Part shown: in pieces, positions 27,367 through 36,222 of the stretch
How the letters are laid out: every line of letters begins with the position of its first letter
Numbering within the stretch: position 1 is the first letter of the stretch
Assembly (NCBI GenBank): GCA_947166445.1
Contig: CAMVED010000004.1
Location: forward strand, 2,617-66,616
From: an uncultured Mycoplasmatota bacterium
Lineage (GTDB): Bacteria; Bacillota_I; Bacilli_A; RF39; UBA660
Direction: 5' to 3'
Length of the DNA: 64,000 bases
The notes under the pieces: generated by a model
Told to the model about the DNA's origin: nothing
The model's database searches: none
Seen by the model: the letters and a program-made list of their open reading frames with translations, nothing else
Made by a program: the position numbers and the translations under genes

Positions 27367-28500
27367 TTAGTTCTTTTTCTTTTTATTTTTTTCTGTTATT
27401 TTAGCTTCAATTACTTTATCTTTTTTTGTTTCTTCTTTTTCATCTACTATTATTAAATTGTATATAGTAGCGAGTCCAAGTATTAAAGCTATAAATGATA
27501 TAAGTCCTCCGATGTGTGGTATTAGTGTAATAAGTTTTAATAATACTATACCAATTATACCTATGAAGTAATTGTTAATATCTTTTTTTAGTAATTTAGT
27601 AATAATTAAATCACCTAGTACAAAACCTGATGTAATGAAGGCTAGATATAGTCCAATTATATATAGTCCAAAAAGAACAAAGCCTAGACTTATACCAATA
27701 CTGCTTATAAGTAGTAATAAGCATATAACAGGTATACATATTAACAGAAGTAAACCTATACCAGAATTTTTAATATACTTGTTTTCGTCTTTGTACATTT
27801 CTTTTGTCTTGTCGCAAGTTTTTTGGAAGATGCTAGTGAATGCTATAAATACTACAAACATATTAATTATACTTATAAGTACTTCGCTAAATATATTTGT
27901 ATCGTTTTCAACTTCTGCTTCTTTATAAGTTTCAATTTTTGTGATAGTTGCTTTATTACTTATGTTTGCTGTTGTATTTTCGTTAAGTTTAAGTGTACCA
28001 TTTATTGTAGCTCCATCTTCTATAGTTATTTTATCTGCTTCGACATTAATATTTCCTCCGATTTTAGCAGTGCTTTTTATTATTAATTCAGAAGTTCCCA
28101 TAGAGATATTTCTATTTACTGCACCTTCAATAATGATTGTATTTGATGCCATAAATAAATCTCTATTTATTTTTGCTTCTTTAGAGATAGTTATATCATG
28201 TCCAGCAATATAGGCATTTTTTTCAATTGTACCATTTACAGTGATACTGTTACCTGCAACAAAACCATATTCTAGATTACCGTTAACATTTACTGTGTTA
28301 CCTGCAATAAACCCAATTCCATCAATATTACCGATGATGTCTACTAAATTACCTGCAATAGCACTATCACCAATTACTTTATCTTTAAACGAGATAGTGT
28401 CACCCGCATTTGCATAAAAATCATTTATATCTTTTGCATGTACTGGTACTACTACAAATAGTGATAGTATTACTAAAATACTAAATATTTTCTTTTTCAT
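27367..28500 (-). CDS. Membrane protein with a signal peptide, a bactofilin-like beta-helical repeat region and a C-terminal polytopic domain
   Basis: 377 aa. MKKKIFSILVILSLFVVVPVHA signal, then about 170 aa of G-N-x-hydrophobic repeats (IAGNLVDIIGNIDGIGFIAGNTVNVNGN...), 4-5 TM helices and a Lys/Glu-rich tail. Confidence 0.5.
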   Translation of the reverse strand: MKKKIFSILVILSLFVVVPVHAKDINDFYANAGDTISFKDKVIGDSAIAGNLVDIIGNIDGIGFIAGNTVNVNGNLEYGFVAGNSITVNGTIEKNAYIAGHDITISKEAKINRDLFMASNTIIIEGAVNRNISMGTSELIIKSTAKIGGNINVEADKITIEDGATINGTLKLNENTTANISNKATITKIETYKEAEVENDTNIFSEVLISIINMFVVFIAFTSIFQKTCDKTKEMYKDENKYIKNSGIGLLLLICIPVICLLLLISSIGISLGFVLFGLYIIGLYLAFITSGFVLGDLIITKLLKKDINNYFIGIIGIVLLKLITLIPHIGGLISFIALILGLATIYNLIIVDEKEETKKDKVIEAKITEKNKKKKN

Positions 28501-28644
28501 ATTTCCTCCTTTGTTTTAATTATATTACTTTTTTATATTTGGGTAAATAATATTTAGTTTTAATATATGTTTAAAAAGTGATAAATGTCTTTTAAAATAA
28601 TTGGTTTTATGGTATTATATACTATGTAGAAAGAGGGATAATAA

Positions 28645-29826
28645 ATGAAAGTTATATCAATTAATGCAGGTAGTTCTACTTTAAAATTTAAATTATATGA
28701 AATGCCTGAAGAAAAAATGATAGCATCAGGATTATTTGAAAGAATCGGTGCTAAAAAAGGATCTTATACTATTAAGTATAACGGAGAAAAAGAAACTAAG
28801 GAATTAGTTATTGAAAATCATGTTGAAGCTTTTAAAAAGCTTGTAAGACTTTTAATTAACAAGAATATTGTTAAAAATTTAAGTGAAATTGGAGCAGTAG
28901 GACATAGAATTGTTCAAGGTGGTTCATATTTTTCTAAAAGTGAAATTGTGACTGAAGATGTTTATTCACACATTAAAGAACTTGCACCACTTGCACCGCT
29001 TCATAATCCTGCAGCTTTAAATGGTATTGATGCTGCGAAAGAAGTAATACCAAATGCAACACATGTTACTGTATTTGATACTGCTTTTCATCAAACTATG
29101 CCAGAAGAAAATTATATTTTTCCAGTACCTTATGAATGGTACGAAAAATATGGTGTAAGAAGATATGGAGCTCATGGTACATCTCATATGTATGTATCAC
29201 AAAGAATGAATGCAATACTTGGTAAAGAAGATACTAAGTTAATAACATGTCATATTGGATCTGGTGCTTCAATTAGTGCTGTTGTTGATGGTAAGTGTGT
29301 TGATACTTCTATGGGACTTACTCCAAACGCTGGTATTATGATGGGTACTAGATGTGGTGATATAGATGCAACAATAGTGCTTTATATGATGAATCAAACA
29401 GGAATGACTACTAAGGAAATGGATAAAGCATTAAATAAGGAATCAGGCCTTCTTGGAGTTTCTGGATTATCAGATGATTCTAGAGATATTGAACAAGGAA
29501 TAACTGATTTAAATGAAAGAGCTATACTTGCTCAAAAGATATATGTAAAAAGAATAGTAGATTTTATAGCAAAATATTATGTTGAAATGGGTGGATGTGA
29601 CGCTATAGTATTTACTGCAGGTGTTGGAGAAAACTCTATTGAAACAAGAAGAAATATCATGGATGCTTTAGAAGTACTTGGTGTTAAATGTGATGTAGAA
29701 GCTAATAGTATTCGTGGTGAAGAAAAAATGGTTTCAACTGAAAACTCTAAAATACCAGTATATGTAATTCCTACAGATGAAGAATTAATGATAGCAAGAG
29801 ATGCATATAGATTATCTGATAAATAG
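28645..29826 (+). CDS. ackA: Acetate kinase
   Basis: 393 aa. VISINAGSSTLKFKLY, GHRIVQGG, FDTAFHQTMP, YGAHGTSH and FTAGVGENS are canonical AckA motifs. Confidence 0.95.
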   Translation: MKVISINAGSSTLKFKLYEMPEEKMIASGLFERIGAKKGSYTIKYNGEKETKELVIENHVEAFKKLVRLLINKNIVKNLSEIGAVGHRIVQGGSYFSKSEIVTEDVYSHIKELAPLAPLHNPAALNGIDAAKEVIPNATHVTVFDTAFHQTMPEENYIFPVPYEWYEKYGVRRYGAHGTSHMYVSQRMNAILGKEDTKLITCHIGSGASISAVVDGKCVDTSMGLTPNAGIMMGTRCGDIDATIVLYMMNQTGMTTKEMDKALNKESGLLGVSGLSDDSRDIEQGITDLNERAILAQKIYVKRIVDFIAKYYVEMGGCDAIVFTAGVGENSIETRRNIMDALEVLGVKCDVEANSIRGEEKMVSTENSKIPVYVIPTDEELMIARDAYRLSDK

Positions 29827-29839
29827 ATAGGATGATATA

Positions 29840-30799
29840 ATGTATAATGAAATTTTTGATTTAATAAAATCATATAATAATATTGTAGTAGTACGACATG
29901 TTGGAGTTGATCCAGATGCAATGGCTAGTAGTATAGCACTTAGAGATTCGATTAAACTTACTTTTCCTGAAAAGAATGTCCTTGCTATTGGAAATGGTAC
30001 TGTAAGATTTAATTTTATGGGATTTTTAGATAAGGGAATTGATTTCAATCAAATGGATAATATTCTTTTAATTGTTACTGATACTCCGGATAAAAAAAGA
30101 GTAGATATGGAAGGACTTACTCATTATGAAAAGAGTATTAAAATTGATCATCATCCTTTTATAGAAAAGTTTTGTGATGTGGAGTTAATAGATCCTGATA
30201 AATCTAGTGCTTCAGAAATGGTTTATGATTTAATAAACAATACTCCTTTATTATTAAACAAGCAAATATGTGAAGAGCTTTTCGCTGGGATAGTGGGAGA
30301 TACTAACCGATTCTTGTTTAGTAATTCAAAATGTGAAACTTTTAATGTTGTTGCTGATATGATTAAAAACTATAATATAGATATTACTAAAGTATATTAT
30401 AATCTTTATAGAAGACCACTTTCAGAAGTTAAGTTTTTTGGATATATGGCAAATAATATTAAAACTACTGAAAATGGAGTAGGATTCATGATATTAAGAA
30501 ATGAAGATTTAATATCATATGGAGTAGATTCTGCTACAAGTGGTAACTTAATAAATGAATTTAATAACATTGGAGAACTTCTTATTTGGCTTAGTGCTAC
30601 TGAAGATGTTAAAAATAACTTTATACGTGTTTCAGTTCGTTCTCGTGGTCCAGTTATTAATACAGTTTTAGAGCGTCACGGTGGCGGAGGACATGCTCTT
30701 GCAAGTGGTGCTAAACTGAAAACTTTTGAAGAAGTTGATGAACTTATTAAAGATTTAGATAATCTTTGTAAAGATTACTTAGAAAGTAGTGATAAATAA
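29840..30799 (+). CDS. DHH/DHHA1 phosphoesterase (NrnA-like oligoribonuclease/pAp phosphatase)
   Basis: 319 aa. Contains RHVGVDPDAMAS, DHH (KIDHHP), GDTNRF, and GGGHALASGA in the DHHA1 domain. Confidence 0.8.
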   Translation: MYNEIFDLIKSYNNIVVVRHVGVDPDAMASSIALRDSIKLTFPEKNVLAIGNGTVRFNFMGFLDKGIDFNQMDNILLIVTDTPDKKRVDMEGLTHYEKSIKIDHHPFIEKFCDVELIDPDKSSASEMVYDLINNTPLLLNKQICEELFAGIVGDTNRFLFSNSKCETFNVVADMIKNYNIDITKVYYNLYRRPLSEVKFFGYMANNIKTTENGVGFMILRNEDLISYGVDSATSGNLINEFNNIGELLIWLSATEDVKNNFIRVSVRSRGPVINTVLERHGGGGHALASGAKLKTFEEVDELIKDLDNLCKDYLESSDK

Positions 30800-31398
30800 T
30801 GAAAATTACAAGTGCTGAGTTTGTTATAAGTGCAATGAGAATAAGTCAATATCCTACAGATGGATTACCTGAATTTATGCTTGTTGGACGTAGTAATGTT
30901 GGTAAAAGTAGCTTTATTAATACTATTACTAACAATAAAAAGATGGCTAGAGTATCCAATACTCCAGGAAAAACTAGAAATTTGAACTTTTATCTTCTTA
31001 ATAATAGTTTTTATCTTGTAGATGTTCCTGGTTATGGATATGCACAGGTAAGTAAAAAAGAACAAAGAAAGTTTGGTCTTATGATTGAAGAATATTTAGA
31101 AAAAAGACCTAATCTTACTAGAGTGTTTATGCTTGTTGATTTAAGACATAAACCTAGTGAAGATGATGTTTTAATGTATAAGTTTTTAAAGTATTATAAT
31201 TTACCTGTTACTATTATTGCTACTAAATCTGATAAAATTAGCAAGAATAAACTTGAAAAAGCTAAAAGCACTGTTTTAAAAGTATTAGAACTTGAAAAAG
31301 GTGATAGTTTTATACCAATGTCTAATATTACAAAAGCAGGAAGAGATATGGTTTTAAATGAAATTCAAGATCTAATAATGGAAGAAGAAACACTTTAG
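30799..31398 (+). CDS. engB: Ribosome-biogenesis GTPase YsxC/EngB (YihA)
   Basis: 199 aa. GRSNVGKSS (G1), DVPGYGY (G3) and TKSDK (G4). Confidence 0.9.
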   Translation: MKITSAEFVISAMRISQYPTDGLPEFMLVGRSNVGKSSFINTITNNKKMARVSNTPGKTRNLNFYLLNNSFYLVDVPGYGYAQVSKKEQRKFGLMIEEYLEKRPNLTRVFMLVDLRHKPSEDDVLMYKFLKYYNLPVTIIATKSDKISKNKLEKAKSTVLKVLELEKGDSFIPMSNITKAGRDMVLNEIQDLIMEEETL

Positions 31399-31430
31399 AT
31401 CTTTTTTCATACAATAAATTAGGTGATTTG

Positions 31431-31865
31431 ATGAAGGTGTTTTCTTCTGATGATAAAGTAACTGTTTTTGCATATAATATGGAAGATATTGAGATAAATG
31501 ATTATATAAAGGGTTTGATCCTTAGATTAAAAAGAAAGTATAATATAAATTTATTTGGATTTTATCAAGTCAATGTTTATAAAAATCCTAAAGTTGGAAT
31601 GATAATAGATATGATAAAAGAAGATGGAATGGATTATTTTAATGATTTGGTAGATTTAAAGATTAAGATTTATGATAATAGTGATGTTTATTATACTTTT
31701 AATGATTATTTTTTTAATGCAAAAAAAGACTTTAAACTATTTAATAATAAATACTATATTAATATAGATGATTTATCTGAAAAAGAGTTTTTATTAATGA
31801 CCGAGTTTTGTAGTTGTGTATATGGTGATGAACTTGAAAAAATACAAGATAAACTCTTAGCTTGA
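31431..31865 (+). CDS. Hypothetical protein with a weak resemblance to the MecA/YpbH adaptor C-terminal domain
   Basis: 144 aa from ATG 31431 (AGGTGA upstream). The pattern ...YYTFNDYFF...NKYYINIDDLSEKEFLLMTEFCSCVYG loosely recalls the MecA C-domain. This is not a secure assignment. Confidence 0.35.
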   Translation: MKVFSSDDKVTVFAYNMEDIEINDYIKGLILRLKRKYNINLFGFYQVNVYKNPKVGMIIDMIKEDGMDYFNDLVDLKIKIYDNSDVYYTFNDYFFNAKKDFKLFNNKYYINIDDLSEKEFLLMTEFCSCVYGDELEKIQDKLLA

Positions 31866-31914
31866 ACAATTTGACAAACTAATTTAGTTTTTATACAATT
31901 TAATTGGTGATTAT

Positions 31915-32346
31915 ATGTTAAAAAAAGTGAAGAGTAATATGGAAAAATATATATATCATACTATTGTTCCAAGTTATAATGACTCATCTTGGCATGATGA
32001 ATGTTATACATTTGGATATTTAGATGGATATTTTGATGAAGATGTTTATATAGAATACATTGTTGATACTATGAATAATGATGAAAAAATAATGGTTTAT
32101 AAGGCTGGTTTTGAAAAAGGATCATTTGATAAAAAAAGAGATAATATATATGAATCTAAAAGTTTAAAAAATGAAAAAATTGAATGGCTTAAAAAGCTTG
32201 CATTACACGACTCTTTAAATAATGTAGAATCTAGAAATTTAAAAGAAGATTCTTTAAATATTTATAATCATTATAGAGAAGGTACCTTTAGTTTGAAAAA
32301 AATGGATTTTATTAATGATTCTAGTATAAAAAAAGCAAAAAGATAA
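31915..32346 (+). CDS. Hypothetical protein (143 aa)
   Basis: GGTGA RBS upstream. I recognise no family. A strong hairpin terminator follows at 32355-32381. Confidence 0.4.
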   Translation: MLKKVKSNMEKYIYHTIVPSYNDSSWHDECYTFGYLDGYFDEDVYIEYIVDTMNNDEKIMVYKAGFEKGSFDKKRDNIYESKSLKNEKIEWLKKLALHDSLNNVESRNLKEDSLNIYNHYREGTFSLKKMDFINDSSIKKAKR

Positions 32347-32354
32347 ATGATTTA

Positions 32355-32381
32355 AAAAATACTAATTTTATTAGTATTTTT
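32355..32381 (+). terminator. Rho-independent terminator
   Basis: AAAAATACTAAT (32355-32366), loop TTT, ATTAGTATTTTT (32370-32381), then a T-run. Confidence 0.6.
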
Positions 32382-32439
32382 TTGTTTTTTCGACAATCTT
32401 TTATCTTTTTAATTTGTATACTTATTTTGGTGATTATAT

Positions 32440-32898
32440 ATGAAATATAAATTTTTAGTACCAATAGTATTTTCTATAGCAATAGGTCTTTTTTTTGGAA
32501 AGGCGTTTTTTGATATATATGATTCTTCATCTTTAACAGTGTTTGATGAAAAAGATAGAATATATATGTTACAAATTGGTGTTTATTCTAGTGAAAGTGC
32601 TATGAAAAGTTCATTTAAAGATTATAAAAAATATCTTTATATAAAGGATAGTGATGGATATCATTTATATGTTGCTATTACAAAGAATAGTCAAATTGCA
32701 AAAAGAATTAAGGAACTTTATAAAAAGGATGGGTATAGTATATATGTAAAAGAAAATATTGAAGATAATAAGTCTTTTTTGTCGGTTTTGTCGGAATATG
32801 ACAAAATAATTGATATTGCTTCAGATAATGATTTAAAGGAAATAGAAAAAATAGTTATTTCAAATTATAAGGAGATGGTTTTGGAAAATGAAGATTAA
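32440..32898 (+). CDS. Membrane-anchored SPOR-like domain protein
   Basis: 152 aa. An N-terminal TM helix, then MLQIGVYSSESAMKSSFKDYKK...GYHLYVAITKNSQIAKRIKELYKKDGYSIYVKE, a SPOR-like beta-alpha-beta-beta pattern. Confidence 0.5.
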   Translation: MKYKFLVPIVFSIAIGLFFGKAFFDIYDSSSLTVFDEKDRIYMLQIGVYSSESAMKSSFKDYKKYLYIKDSDGYHLYVAITKNSQIAKRIKELYKKDGYSIYVKENIEDNKSFLSVLSEYDKIIDIASDNDLKEIEKIVISNYKEMVLENED

Positions 32899-33568
32899 AG
32901 AAATACCTATATCTGAAAGACCAAGAGAAAAATTGCTTAAATATGGAAGAGAGAATTTAACAGATGCAGAGCTTTTGTCTATTGTCTTAAAAACAGGTAC
33001 TAAAGATTGTAATGTTAGTGAGTTAGCTATGAAAATAATCAGAGCTTTGGATGGGATTGAAAATCTAAAATATGCTAGTATGAATACTCTTACTAAAATA
33101 AAAGGTGTTGGAAGTGTTAAAGCAACAGAACTTTTGGTTTTATCGGAGCTTGCTAAAAGAATTAATAGAAAGAGTATGGGTAATAAGAGTAAGTATATTA
33201 ATCCTAAAACTATATATGAATATAGCAAAGATTTATTTGATGGATTAAAACAAGAATATTTTTACTGTCTATACCTAAACTCAAAAAAAGAACTTATAGA
33301 AAGGAAATTATTGTTTATGGGAACACTTAATAAAAGTGTAGTTCATCCAAGAGAAATATTCAAAGAGGCTTATAGGCTTTCAGCATCTTCAATTGTTTGT
33401 TTGCATAATCATCCAAGTGGTGATTGTACTCCAAGCATAGAGGATATAGTTTTTACAAATTCATTAGTAAAAATAGGGAAAATTAATGGTATTCCTTTAG
33501 TGGATCATTTGATAATGACTGATGACGGATACTATAGTTTTTATGAGAATAATAGGATGGTTGATTAA
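32888..33568 (+). CDS. radC: RadC-family JAB/MPN domain protein (UPF0758)
   Basis: 226 aa. N-terminal PRE(K)LL...LTDAELLSIVLKTG, HhH GVGSVKA, and the C-terminal JAMM motif CLHNHPSGDCTPSIEDI. Confidence 0.85.
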   Translation: MKIKEIPISERPREKLLKYGRENLTDAELLSIVLKTGTKDCNVSELAMKIIRALDGIENLKYASMNTLTKIKGVGSVKATELLVLSELAKRINRKSMGNKSKYINPKTIYEYSKDLFDGLKQEYFYCLYLNSKKELIERKLLFMGTLNKSVVHPREIFKEAYRLSASSIVCLHNHPSGDCTPSIEDIVFTNSLVKIGKINGIPLVDHLIMTDDGYYSFYENNRMVD

Positions 33569-33569
33569 T

Positions 33570-34364
33570 ATGAAAAAAGTACATTGGTACTATAAATTTT
33601 TAGTTTTATTTCTTATCTTTTTCAGTATGTTTTTTCTTTTTAATAAAAATATTTCAAATTTTGTAAATAATTCTTCATATAAGTATTATGTTAATTCTGT
33701 TTTTACACCACTTAGTTCTGTTTCTCAAAATAGTATACTTAATTGTAGGGCTGCTATTAAAAAGAATAATAATTTACAGAAAAAAGTTTTGAATAATAAT
33801 TCTTTGGAGGAAACGAATAAAAGTTTAATAGAAGAAATTGAAATTCTTAAAAAGACTATGAAATTAAAAAATACTTATACTGGTTATAAAACTGTTTATG
33901 CAAAGACTATTAATAGAAATAGAATGTATTGGTATAGTACTATAACTATTGATAAAGGAAGTAAGGATGGTGTTGATAAGAATAATGCTGTTGTGGGTAT
34001 TGATGGTTTAATTGGTATTGTAAAAGATACCACTAGAGGAAGTAGTACAGTTAAGTTAATAACTAATAGTGATACTGATTATAAAGTTTCTGGAGTGATA
34101 AAAAAAGATAATTCTACAATAGTAGGGCTTATCGAAGGATATGAATATCCATATATAAAAGTAAGCTTAGCTAATAACGATAAAGATGTTAAAGTTGGAG
34201 ATAAGTTCTATAGTTCTGGGCTTTCTAATTTTCCTAAGAATATTTATATTGGAACAGTAAAAAGGGTTGAAAAAGGTGGTTATGATTTGGGAAACATTTT
34301 ATATGTAGAACCAAAACAGGATATGAATGATATTAACTACGTAGTGGTGCTGAGTAATAAATGA
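33570..34364 (+). CDS. mreC: Rod-shape-determining protein MreC
   Basis: Start moved to ATG 33570 (MKKVHWYY...). TM anchor, coiled coil (LQKKVLNNNSLEE...EIEILKK), then beta-barrel domains (VVGIDGLIGIVKD, STVKLITN). Confidence 0.85.
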   Translation: MKKVHWYYKFLVLFLIFFSMFFLFNKNISNFVNNSSYKYYVNSVFTPLSSVSQNSILNCRAAIKKNNNLQKKVLNNNSLEETNKSLIEEIEILKKTMKLKNTYTGYKTVYAKTINRNRMYWYSTITIDKGSKDGVDKNNAVVGIDGLIGIVKDTTRGSSTVKLITNSDTDYKVSGVIKKDNSTIVGLIEGYEYPYIKVSLANNDKDVKVGDKFYSSGLSNFPKNIYIGTVKRVEKGGYDLGNILYVEPKQDMNDINYVVVLSNK

Positions 34365-34855
34365 TTTATTTTTTCATTACATTTATCCTAGATATATTAT
34401 TGGGTTTGTTCATATCCGTATCCTATCAAAATATTAGTATCTTGTTTCCTTGTGTTTTGGTAGGCAGCTTTCCAGTTTTTTATAATTTAGTAAAAAATAA
34501 AAAATTGTTTTTTATAATTGTAATAGTTGTTGGCTTAATTTATGATATGCTTTTTAGTGATATTTTTCTTGTTAATACATATTATTTTTTGTTATTTGGT
34601 TTTTTTATTTATGTGTTTTATGAAAATTATGGAATTAAATTGTTAAACTTATTAATCATATCTGTTTTAGGAGTATGTTTTTATGATGTGTTTATATTCT
34701 TTATTCTTCTTTTAACTGGTTATTCAATATTTGAAATTTCTTATTTGGGTTATAAAATTAAAAATACTTTTTTGATTAATTTTGTTTATTTTACTTTTTC
34801 TATTATTTTGTTAAAAAGTCGAATATTTGGCTATAAAAAACGTAAAAAAAGATAA
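34361..34855 (+). CDS. mreD: Rod-shape-determining protein MreD
   Basis: 164 aa with about 5 TM segments. Overlaps the mreC stop by 4 nt. The call rests mainly on conserved mreC-mreD synteny. Confidence 0.7.
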   Translation: MIYFFITFILDILLGLFISVSYQNISILFPCVLVGSFPVFYNLVKNKKLFFIIVIVVGLIYDMLFSDIFLVNTYYFLLFGFFIYVFYENYGIKLLNLLIISVLGVCFYDVFIFFILLLTGYSIFEISYLGYKIKNTFLINFVYFTFSIILLKSRIFGYKKRKKR

Positions 34856-34886
34856 GTAATATTCATATTATCTTATAGGTGATAAT

Positions 34887-35480
34887 ATGGAATATAAATC
34901 TGTTACAAAGTATTTAAGTAAAAATAATAAGAATTTTAAAAATAGACCAATAATGGGTTTTTTTACTAAACTATTGATTTGTACAATTATAGTTTTGTCG
35001 TTATTAGTTTTCTTAAAATATGATAAAAGCAATAAACAAGTTATTTATAAATACTTGTATGAAAACAATATTAGTTTATCTGGTATTAACGCTTGGTATA
35101 AGAAGCATTTCGGAGATATAACTCCATTTCAAGATTTAGTAAAGGAAAACACTAAATTAGTATTTAATGATAATTTAGTTTATAAAGATGCGAGTATATA
35201 TAAAAATGGTGTTAAGTTAAACGTGGAAAAAAATTATTTAATTCCAATTATTGAAAGTGGTATTGTAGTTTTTATAGGGAATAAAGATGATTATGGGAAA
35301 ACGGTTATTATAGAACAGACAGATGGTGTATCAGTATGGTACGGAAATGTCGATAATATAAATGTAAGTTTGTATGATTATGTTACAAAAGGTGAGTTTT
35401 TAGCAGAAGCAAATGGCAGTTTTTATATGGTGTTTCAAAAAGATGGGAAGTATATAAAATACGACGACTATCTTAAATAA
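34887..35480 (+). CDS. Membrane-anchored degenerate M23/LytM-domain protein (SpoIVFA-like)
   Basis: 197 aa. TM anchor, then the C-terminal GIVVFIGNKDDYGKTVIIEQTDGVSVWYGNVDNINVSLYDYVTKGEFL (LytM fold without obvious HxxxD/HxH metal ligands). It sits directly upstream of spoIVFB, as in B. subtilis. Confidence 0.6.
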   Translation: MEYKSVTKYLSKNNKNFKNRPIMGFFTKLLICTIIVLSLLVFLKYDKSNKQVIYKYLYENNISLSGINAWYKKHFGDITPFQDLVKENTKLVFNDNLVYKDASIYKNGVKLNVEKNYLIPIIESGIVVFIGNKDDYGKTVIIEQTDGVSVWYGNVDNINVSLYDYVTKGEFLAEANGSFYMVFQKDGKYIKYDDYLK

Positions 35481-35517
35481 AATATATATTCATCCTTTTA
35501 CTTATATTTTAATATTT

Positions 35518-36222
35518 TTGTCTATAATAACAGGAATGTTTAAAGAGTTTGGAATGGTTCTTTTAATTATAATAGTTCATGAGTTTGGGCATCTTGGAGC
35601 TGCTCTTTATTTTAAATGGAATACAGGAAAAATAGTGATTTATCCTTTCGGGGGATGTTGCAAGTTTGATGAAAGAATAAATAGATCTTTAAAGGAAGAA
35701 CTAATTATTTTATTATGTGGACCATTTGTTCAGATTATTTTGTATTATATTATGGGTTATTTGACTACGAAAGGATTTATGACATATAGAAATTTTTCTA
35801 TATTTAAAAATTATCATTACACACTTCTTTTATTTAATTTAATTCCTATTTATCCTTTAGATGGTGGAAGGATTTTAAATATATTTTTCAATTATTTGCT
35901 GCCCTTTAAACGTGGAAACAAGGTTGTTATAATTATATCTGTGTTTATTATATTAATAGCAATGTTTTTTTATAAAAGTCTTAATTTTACGATGATGTCA
36001 ATTCTAATTATGTCAGAGTTATTAATATATTTTAAAAGACAAAATTTTTTATATAACAGAATGTTACTCGAAAGATATATTGGAAATTTTAATTTCAAAA
36101 AATTAAGAAAAATTAAAAGTAAAGATAATATGTATAAAGATTGTCGACATGTTATTTTTTATAAAAATAAGTATATTACTGAAAAGAGTTATTTAAAAGA
36201 GAGATTTAAGGTGATAAAATGA
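35518..36222 (+). CDS. spoIVFB: Site-2 (M50) intramembrane metalloprotease SpoIVFB (pro-sigma-K processing enzyme); the true start is probably upstream of 35518
   Basis: HEFGH zinc motif and NLIPIYPLDGGRI (NxxPxxxLDG). The same frame is open back to 35458 and encodes NKIYIHPFTYILIF, which matches the conserved SpoIVFB N-terminus (B. subtilis LKIHVHPFLWII). That stretch contains no ATG, GTG or TTG. Confidence 0.8.
   Translation: MSIITGMFKEFGMVLLIIIVHEFGHLGAALYFKWNTGKIVIYPFGGCCKFDERINRSLKEELIILLCGPFVQIILYYIMGYLTTKGFMTYRNFSIFKNYHYTLLLFNLIPIYPLDGGRILNIFFNYLLPFKRGNKVVIIISVFIILIAMFFYKSLNFTMMSILIMSELLIYFKRQNFLYNRMLLERYIGNFNFKKLRKIKSKDNMYKDCRHVIFYKNKYITEKSYLKERFKVIK

Noticed and set aside
27015-33228. 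Shadow ORFs at 27015-27218(-), 27572-27928(+), 27823-28086(+), 27941-28213(+), 29577-29921(-), 29812-30048(-), 30865-31065(-) and 32860-33228(-).
   Set aside because: They are opposite to, or out of frame with, well-supported genes (ynbB-like, the bactofilin-like membrane protein, ackA, nrnA-like, engB, radC). They have no family signatures and no RBS.
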